In this document: piece by piece, positions 57,669 through 64,000 of the stretch
Numbering within the stretch: position 1 is the stretch's first letter
Layout of the letters: the number at the start of each line of letters is the position of its first letter
Virus record (IMG/VR): IMGVR_UViG_3300050123_000025
Span: 300-64,299 of that record
Strand: one strand, 5' to 3'
Length of the DNA: 64,000 bases
Source of the DNA: a virus
Lineage: Duplodnaviria; Caudoviricetes
Translations under genes and position numbers: made by a program
Notes under the pieces: generated by a model
Databases searched by the model: none
Told to the model about the DNA's origin: nothing
Seen by the model: the letters and a program-made list of their open reading frames with translations, nothing else

Positions 57669-58460
57669 TTATTGGATTTGCGTTCCTTCCCAAAGGTTAG
57701 GCATAATGCTGTTTGTAACAGTCTGAATTGGAGCAGCGAGAGGATATAATATTTCATTGAACGACTTAATGTATTCTTTCTTTATTTCAAAACCATAAGA
57801 TTTTCGACCCAGCATCTCAGCGGCAATTAATGTGGTTCCGCTTCCAGCGACCGGGTCAATCACAACGTCCCCAACATCCGTAAATATTTCAATAAGATTT
57901 TTCAAAACATGGATTGATTTTTGTGTCGGATGAATTTTAGGGGTTATGTTGTCCCGTTCATATTCCATACAGTTAAAAACCATTTTGCCGTTATTATTAA
58001 ATTTAGGTAGTTTATCCCGATACAGCACTAATCCATATTCACAGTTACCAACAACCCGCATGTTCGCTTTTAAAACCTGTGCAGAATAATTTTTGCGAAA
58101 AACAAGATTTATATAGTTAGGAAAACCGTATTTTTTACCTTGTTCTATAAGCAAAAACTGTTGTTCAAACTCGCAAAAAACCAACATGCATCCAGCTTGT
58201 CCTCTCTCTTTCGGCTCTTTTTTGAGCATTGTATTAACAAAGTGCATAAACTCGGGTATTTTGAAATCATTATCTGTGTCAAAAAAAGATGTTTTAGCCA
58301 ACTTACTTTCACCGTTTTTATTGTCACCATCCTTATACCATTTTGGGCTGGAAGCGAAAGCATTTGTTGAAAGATTATAAGGAATGTCCGCTATAATCAG
58401 TTGTGCTTTGGGAATACCGTATCTTTTATAATTTTGAAAGTGGTCATTGTATAAATTCAT
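57669..58460 (-). CDS. DNA methyltransferase (N6/N4)
   Basis: ADIPY, HPTQK, DPVAGSGTT. Confidence 0.92.
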   Translation of the reverse strand: MNLYNDHFQNYKRYGIPKAQLIIADIPYNLSTNAFASSPKWYKDGDNKNGESKLAKTSFFDTDNDFKIPEFMHFVNTMLKKEPKERGQAGCMLVFCEFEQQFLLIEQGKKYGFPNYINLVFRKNYSAQVLKANMRVVGNCEYGLVLYRDKLPKFNNNGKMVFNCMEYERDNITPKIHPTQKSIHVLKNLIEIFTDVGDVVIDPVAGSGTTLIAAEMLGRKSYGFEIKKEYIKSFNEILYPLAAPIQTVTNSIMPNLWEGTQIQ

Positions 58461-58515
58461 AGCCTCACCACCTTTTGCCCTTCTTTCTTGTCATAATTAT
58501 CAATAGACATCCCTC

Positions 58516-59067
58516 CTATCCCATACATACCATCGGTCGCAGTTTCTTCCTAGCTTCTCCATAAGCCAAGCTGACCGTCTTTTGTCTACACCCTACTCGC
58601 TCGGCTATTTCCATCTGCGTTAAATCCGGCTCATGGTAGTGCGTTTTAATAATTACCTTGTAAGCTTTACCCATTTTGATGTTGTCCAAGGCAGCCATAG
58701 CCTGCTCACCTAGCATCTTATAAACTACCTCATCGTCCATGGACTCGGCAGTACCGACAATGTCCTGCCAAAAGGTTACGCCCTCTTTATTTACAATGTC
58801 CTCTAGGTATGTTGGCTCTATCACTTGTTTACGGGGGATTAGTTCCCTTATTATCGTGCGGTACATCGTTTTAGTGGCGTAGGTGCCAAGGGTTGTACCC
58901 AGTTCAGGATTATAGCCTTGTACCGCCTTACAAAGTCCGATAAAACAAGCTGACAGAATATCGTCGGGGTCAAGATAGTCAAAGTGTTCGTGATATTTAC
59001 TAAAGGCAAAGTAGGCGAGTCTGATGTTGTCCTCGACCATCTGTGACTGTTCGGGGGTTAGGGGCAT
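58516..59067 (-). CDS. Sigma-70-family sigma factor (regions 2 and 4)
   Basis: NIRLA, DDILS...IGLCKAV..YNPELG...TYA; LTQMEIAERVG. Confidence 0.85.
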   Translation of the reverse strand: MPLTPEQSQMVEDNIRLAYFAFSKYHEHFDYLDPDDILSACFIGLCKAVQGYNPELGTTLGTYATKTMYRTIIRELIPRKQVIEPTYLEDIVNKEGVTFWQDIVGTAESMDDEVVYKMLGEQAMAALDNIKMGKAYKVIIKTHYHEPDLTQMEIAERVGCRQKTVSLAYGEARKKLRPMVCMG

Positions 59068-59303
59068 GAGAGCACCTTCTCGGATTCTTCTGCCGTGAAA
59101 AAAGAAACACTCTTGCCCTTGACTGGTTGCACCGTCATATACTTAAATCCCATTTCATTGCCCAATCTAGCCCATGCCCTATTGGCGTTTTCTCTTGGGG
59201 ACGATGGTTCGTGACCACCAAAAACCATATAAGGGACAGGTTTACTGGCTTCCATTAAGCCGTCTAATTGTTCCTTGTTTAACTCATATTCTTTACGCAT
59301 CAT
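59058..59303 (-). CDS. Hypothetical phage protein
   Basis: ORF in operon. Confidence 0.7.
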   Translation of the reverse strand: MMRKEYELNKEQLDGLMEASKPVPYMVFGGHEPSSPRENANRAWARLGNEMGFKYMTVQPVKGKSVSFFTAEESEKVLSCP

Positions 59304-59758
59304 TTCGCCTTCTTCCTTGTTTTCTTTGCTGGCCTCTCGCCTTTGAGACTGGTTATGACTTCTTGCCCGATAAGTTCAACTACTATTCTCGGTTCTTCCG
59401 AATACCATTTATAAACCGTTCCGCTTACCACATGACTGTCATCGCCATAAGCCAAGTTATTGAGTGCGTCACAAACAACCTTGCCGATATTATCCCAATC
59501 GGGCTTTTTGGTTGGTCGAATATCTCCGCTTAACATCTTCGCTTTTTTAACTTGGCTGGCACTCTTGGGAATTGAGAAGAACGCTTGTATAAAGGCTTCT
59601 ATTTGACCTTCCAAGCGTTCTTCTTTGCAAGATGACGTATAACATTGTCTGATTAAATTCTCGTAGTCTACGGTGTTTTTAGGGGTGTATGTTCGTCCTG
59701 TTTTAGTGGTTCGGTGCCTTGCTTTGCCTTGCGGTTCGCCGGGGATTGTGAATCTCAT
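59300..59758 (-). CDS. rusA: RusA-like Holliday junction resolvase
   Basis: PGEPQGKARHR, KPDWDNIGK..CDALN..AYGDD. Confidence 0.9.
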   Translation of the reverse strand: MRFTIPGEPQGKARHRTTKTGRTYTPKNTVDYENLIRQCYTSSCKEERLEGQIEAFIQAFFSIPKSASQVKKAKMLSGDIRPTKKPDWDNIGKVVCDALNNLAYGDDSHVVSGTVYKWYSEEPRIVVELIGQEVITSLKGERPAKKTRKKAK

Positions 59759-60468
59759 ATTTTTATCACCCCCGGATATTGTCTTATCTGCTCGGGATAA
59801 CCCACGTTATCTTTGACAAATACAGGAACATTGGCTTCCATACACTGACTAATTGCATTGTCTATCCATTCCGCATTAGGTTTAACTGCTCCGGGGCCGG
59901 TCTGCGCGCCGATAATGAGCCAGTTAATTTTATTTAGCGTTCTTTTGACTCCTTGATCATAATAATCCCAATAGTAACTATCAAAATTTATTGGTCCTAA
60001 CGCTGGCTCATAGCTCACAAACAGGGTTTTACAGTTCACTTTAAGTAATTCCGGTCTCCGCTCGTCTGCCTTCTCCTGATTCTCAACACTAGTTCCGCAC
60101 CAGCAATTATCAGGGAAATCGAAGCCTTGCATACCTTTGGGATTCTTGGTGAGGAAAATGAAAGTATGCTGCGGGCATTGTTTTACCACGTCGAGTATTT
60201 CCTCAACTACATAATTCCGTGGCAAATATATCTCGCTAACTTTCCACTCCCAATCCCCAAACAAGTCTGATACGCTACCCACAAATATCCTGCTTGGTTT
60301 TTTGACCTTCAATGGTTGCTGTAATCTCTCGGGATGAAACGTAGGTTCAAACTTACCATCACCAAAACGCTTATCAATTCGTCTTGCATAACAAAAATCA
60401 CAGGCGTGTAGACAGCCCGTGACCGGATTCCATGTATAGTCGCACCATTCAATTTTACTTTTATTCAA
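59755..60468 (-). CDS. DUF5131 (phage Gp37/Gp68, radical-SAM-like) protein
   Basis: SKIEWCDYTWNPVTGC...CDFCYA, LTK, SYEP. Confidence 0.88.
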   Translation of the reverse strand: MNKSKIEWCDYTWNPVTGCLHACDFCYARRIDKRFGDGKFEPTFHPERLQQPLKVKKPSRIFVGSVSDLFGDWEWKVSEIYLPRNYVVEEILDVVKQCPQHTFIFLTKNPKGMQGFDFPDNCWCGTSVENQEKADERRPELLKVNCKTLFVSYEPALGPINFDSYYWDYYDQGVKRTLNKINWLIIGAQTGPGAVKPNAEWIDNAISQCMEANVPVFVKDNVGYPEQIRQYPGVIKI

Positions 60469-60595
60469 TTTATTCCCTCCTTCGCTCGCTTAAGAAAGTA
60501 TTCTTTCCACGACTCAACCGTTCCCTTATGGTCAGCGGCTATCCACTGGCAAGCCAATTCAAGGGCTTTTAGTAGCTCCATGTGTTCGGTGTTCA

Positions 60596-61006
60596 TCATT
60601 TGCCCTCCACCACCTTCACAAGTTCTGCCCACTCTCCGTTTGTAGTTAAATCTTCAACCCTGTTTTGCAACCTGTGCCATACCGTGCTAGGTGCGCCCGT
60701 GTACTCATAACCGCACTTCGCAAGGTACTTAACTCGTTCTTTCCAAGTCGGCAACTCGAAATAGCTCTTAACAAGACAGATATTTTCCATTCGCTGTAAA
60801 ATTCGCTTGTTCTCGCGGGTCGTGTAGATTGTTTTGTTGGTCGGCATCGGCTCCAGTTGGTGCTGGTGTTCCTTTTCGCGCTCGGTGACGTATCGGGCAT
60901 TGAGTTTAGCTTCTACCTTGTCTAGCGTTTCCCAGATGTCGCTGCACCCTTCGGGGTAAGTGATTTTGCCATCGCAGTCGCATTGCATGATTAAACCATC
61001 GTTCAA
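60596..61006 (-). CDS. Hypothetical protein
   Basis: GGAG RBS, TTG start. Confidence 0.55.
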   Translation of the reverse strand: MNDGLIMQCDCDGKITYPEGCSDIWETLDKVEAKLNARYVTEREKEHQHQLEPMPTNKTIYTTRENKRILQRMENICLVKSYFELPTWKERVKYLAKCGYEYTGAPSTVWHRLQNRVEDLTTNGEWAELVKVVEGK

Positions 61007-61142
61007 TTATCGTTATCTCCTTTCCATCTCATATTTCCAGAACACGAAAAAACACGGCCAAGTTTTGATTAAAATTTCTTGGCCGTGTTTCTTATAGATT
61101 TTCTCTAATGCCATCCATGGGCTTATTGCTATCACATAACCC

Positions 61143-62969
61143 TTATTCTTCAATGCGTATCCTCCCTAATTCCTCCCAACTCTTATTGTTATCGGAAGTT
61201 GAAGTTTTGCCGATTGCTTTTACCCAACTATAAGCCCAGTTGGGATTACTGTCCTTGGCGATATAAAAACGTTTACTAGTTTCTTCAAAGGCCAGCATGA
61301 AAACTTTGTCTTGCTTGCCCATTAGCCGGTTCTTTTTAATATTAAGACTACTGACTATTCCTAGTCCTTTTGTATTTTCGTCCGCTTCAATTAATTTGAG
61401 TTCTTTTCGGTTAAACCGTTTTATTTCAAATACGTTATCTGTCCAATTAGTGATATTGGCACTACCGGCAACGTCTAGCTCTTTACTGCCCGCACTGGGT
61501 TTGCGGGGGTGGGCTACTATGTGTAGGTGAACATTGTACTTTTTGGCAAAGGCTTTGCACATTCCGATAAAATCAGCTTGTTTCCGGTAGAAGTCTGAAT
61601 CGCTATGGGAGTTTAAAGCAAGACTCATAAGGTTATCTACCATAAATACCTTGCAGTCGTGACGCTGTACGGCATATTCAAATACTTCCAGTATCTTCTC
61701 TTGACCTACTGCTTCCTGCGTGTCATAGAGCCAGAATTTGCCGTTATACCAATCTCGAATATGAGGTAGCATTTTAAAATCTGTTTTGCTGACTGGATAA
61801 CCGTATTTATTGGTTTCTTGTTTGATGTACTCTGGACCTGCTGCTTGCAATTCAATCCAGTAGCGGAAAATCCTATCTGGTAGTTCACCTGAATAGGCAC
61901 ACACTTTATATTTGTTTTCAATCGCATTAAGTAATACCTGGCCTAATAATGTGCTTTTCCCGGATGAATTAAAGCCTGTCCAGATTGACGTTTCGCCTAG
62001 TCTTAGTCCACCAGCGAATACCTCATCAACTTCCGCTATGCCTGTGGGGATTAATTCATCCTTAGCAAGATCGTACTCTGGAAGTTCTGCCATATTTTTA
62101 AGTCCGACAAGCGGTATCCCTCTGGCACTACTGATACAACTAGCTACCCCTTCTGCATGCTTGGAATATAAAACTTCATTAGCATCTTTATATTTTTCAT
62201 GCTCAACAATTAAACATTTACCTATGCCTAATTTTTTAATTAATTCATTCCGGGCTTTAATTCCACCGACGTCGGTGTCAGTCCATATATAATACTGTTT
62301 AAATTGCTGTAGCCAGTCCCAGCATAAGTCAACGCATCCTAGAGACTCGCATCCGTTCGGCAGACTGACAGCATTAGTTATTCCCGCTTCGGCCAATGCA
62401 GCTGTATCAAATTCACCTTCGGTAATCACAAGTGGCATAGAAGGATCACAGTTGTCCATGTTCCAAAAGACTAGCTTGCCACCGGGTTCCATGCTAAATT
62501 GTTTCCATTTACCATCTTCGTTTTTAGCCCTAAACTTGACCGCCACTAGTTGTCCATTTTCATAGTAAGGAAAAACTATTTTACCTTCACTTTCACCTAT
62601 ACGCAAATAATCGCAAGTCTCCTTTGATAACCTGCGAGTTTCAGTAAGATATTTTTCAATTTCCGAGGTAATGGGTTTGGCTTTAGTCAACGGCAGGACA
62701 TAGGTTTTTGGTTTGTCTTTTTTCCGGGGTTCATATTCTTTTTTATCAAGTCGTATTCCGAAGTGCTTACACAATTGTTCTAAATTTCCTTTTTCCTGGC
62801 ATTTACCTCTTCGGCAAAAATATAAACCTGTGCTGATGTTTAACTGAAATGTGTCCCTGTCTCCTGACTGACCTCCTTTACAGAATGGACAATAAGAGGG
62901 AACTATCTCATCGTCCTTGATCTTAAACTGACCGGGAAAAGCCCGGTATGCAACTTCAATAGGGGTCAA
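61143..62969 (-). CDS. Primase-helicase (T7 gp4/Twinkle-like)
   Basis: Zn finger CPFC, TOPRIM ITEGEFD...DTD, KDANE; GFNSSGKST, VDNL, VAHPRK. Confidence 0.92.
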   Translation of the reverse strand: MTPIEVAYRAFPGQFKIKDDEIVPSYCPFCKGGQSGDRDTFQLNISTGLYFCRRGKCQEKGNLEQLCKHFGIRLDKKEYEPRKKDKPKTYVLPLTKAKPITSEIEKYLTETRRLSKETCDYLRIGESEGKIVFPYYENGQLVAVKFRAKNEDGKWKQFSMEPGGKLVFWNMDNCDPSMPLVITEGEFDTAALAEAGITNAVSLPNGCESLGCVDLCWDWLQQFKQYYIWTDTDVGGIKARNELIKKLGIGKCLIVEHEKYKDANEVLYSKHAEGVASCISSARGIPLVGLKNMAELPEYDLAKDELIPTGIAEVDEVFAGGLRLGETSIWTGFNSSGKSTLLGQVLLNAIENKYKVCAYSGELPDRIFRYWIELQAAGPEYIKQETNKYGYPVSKTDFKMLPHIRDWYNGKFWLYDTQEAVGQEKILEVFEYAVQRHDCKVFMVDNLMSLALNSHSDSDFYRKQADFIGMCKAFAKKYNVHLHIVAHPRKPSAGSKELDVAGSANITNWTDNVFEIKRFNRKELKLIEADENTKGLGIVSSLNIKKNRLMGKQDKVFMLAFEETSKRFYIAKDSNPNWAYSWVKAIGKTSTSDNNKSWEELGRIRIEE

Positions 62970-62988
62970 AGGGCTTCACCCTCTCTCG

Positions 62989-63741
62989 TTACGTTACATC
63001 GCATCCGTCAAAACCTAGCTCTATCATAAGATCCTCATGAGTTTTCTTTTTTGACTTAGCTTCCATAAATTCTTCGTAATATGCTTTTTCTCCGAAGAAG
63101 TTATTACTGGCGTATGCAAATTCCTTTTTATCTTCCGGCAGAGAATTGTAATGGGCTATATAATTTTGAGTGCATCTATTGATTATTTCTAGTCCGTGTT
63201 CCTTGCGTACCTTCTCGAAGTTTTTAAATGAATCTCGCTTAGATTGAGTTCTTGGATATTCGGAATACCATTTTTCAAACTCGGGAGTGTATATATCGTT
63301 AAGTTTAGTTTTGTTTGGTTTAGTAATGGACGCAGTTTGCGTCGTAGTTTGTGTAGCGGTTTGTGCGCGGTTAGCGTTGTGGTTAGTGTCGCACTTAGCT
63401 TCGTTTAAAACGACGCAATTTTCGGAAGTGCCATTTCCGTAAAGCTCAAGGGGCATGATTTTGTATACTGCCGATTGCATTCCTGTACGACTTTTAAATG
63501 ATATTCTGTTAGTTTTTTGTAGTGTTTTGCGTGCTCTAATTAGTGCGTCTTTTTTAAGGCCGGTCTTAGATTCAAGTACCGATAATGCAACTGTAAATTC
63601 ATTCTTCCAGCCTGTCTTATTATTGATGTGCATTAATGCGTGCCATAAAGATATTGCAGAATCGGATATTGTGTTGGTTTCCAACCAGTCATAAAAAGCA
63701 TTTATTTCTCGGATATAATTCATATCAGTTTCGTCCCCCAA
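62989..63741 (-). CDS. Phage replication initiator
   Basis: MNYIREINAFYDW...LWHALM; FEKWYSEYPR. Confidence 0.85.
   Translation of the reverse strand: MGDETDMNYIREINAFYDWLETNTISDSAISLWHALMHINNKTGWKNEFTVALSVLESKTGLKKDALIRARKTLQKTNRISFKSRTGMQSAVYKIMPLELYGNGTSENCVVLNEAKCDTNHNANRAQTATQTTTQTASITKPNKTKLNDIYTPEFEKWYSEYPRTQSKRDSFKNFEKVRKEHGLEIINRCTQNYIAHYNSLPEDKKEFAYASNNFFGEKAYYEEFMEAKSKKKTHEDLMIELGFDGCDVT
63328..63420. repeat. Degenerate about 12-bp repeats inside initiator gene (candidate origin iterons)
   Basis: CGCAGTTTGCGT CGTAGTTTGTGT AGCGGTTTGTGC GCGGTTAGCGTT GTGGTTAGTGTC. Confidence 0.6.
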
Positions 63742-63857
63742 TTCTAATTCACTTCCTTTCTATAATACCATACATATATGGAAAGTACAAGGAAAATAAA
63801 TAACTTGACTCACTTATTCATGTATGTTATGCTAGTAAAAACAAAGGGGGTGTTAAG

Positions 63858-64000
63858 ATGGCTACTGTTAATCGCGGTAGATATACAACCACAATTGATT
63901 TGGAGTTAATTAAACAGATTAAAGAATTATCAGATAAAACCAGGATTGCTCAAAGCAAACTTATGGATGAAGCAATAAAAGATTTGTTGGAGAAGTTTAA
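63858..64000 (+). CDS. Ribbon-helix-helix protein (runs off window end)
   Basis: RYTTTIDLEL...LSDKTRIAQSKLMDEAIKDLLEK. Confidence 0.8.
   Translation, partial: MATVNRGRYTTTIDLELIKQIKELSDKTRIAQSKLMDEAIKDLLEKF

Larger units (their letters stand above)
1..64000. mobile_element. Temperate podovirus-like phage genome (near complete, probably circularly permuted)
   Basis: Integrase, cI/cro, TerS/TerL, portal, capsid, tail, lysis and replication modules; minus-strand early genes at both ends; no host genes recognised. Confidence 0.93.

Noticed and set aside
75-63694. Many opposite-strand ORFs in the supplied track (e.g. 75-398, 2571-2882, 8635-8823, 47442-47909)
   Set aside because: Shadow frames of real genes or the tRNA, without RBS or recognisable motifs.
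1-64000. CRISPR array or cas locus
   Set aside because: No regularly spaced repeat-spacer array; the Cas4-like gene sits in a normal phage recombination module.

Overview
The window is almost entirely one temperate tailed-phage genome, probably circularly permuted, from a low-GC Bacillota (Clostridia-like) host; I recognised no host housekeeping genes. Left arm (1-6.9 kb, minus): early and recombination genes (AAA recombinase ATPase, HNH, Cas4-like nuclease). Then a cro/cI switch, an integrase converging on a complete tRNA-Leu(TAG), a membrane protein/FtsK/Replic_Relax-like module, and a second tyrosine recombinase ending a minus-strand operon of small genes (11.4-15.6 kb). The plus-strand late region holds TerS, about 5 kb of accessory genes, TerL, portal, scaffold, capsid, podovirus-like tail and ejection proteins (no tape measure seen) and lysis genes. 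The right arm (51.4-63.7 kb, minus) holds replication, methyltransferase and sigma-factor genes. Most notable: (1) TerL has a cis intein ending in Gln plus a naturally split intein whose halves flank a free-standing HNH gene; (2) four co-varying H-type pseudoknot-like repeats between early genes; (3) an FtsK + relaxase-like module behind a SigE-like promoter; (4) two tRNA-mimic ncRNA candidates; (5) a split tail-nozzle gene; (6) a DUF2292-like gene followed by a terminator. All family assignments come from motif recognition by eye, not from database searches.
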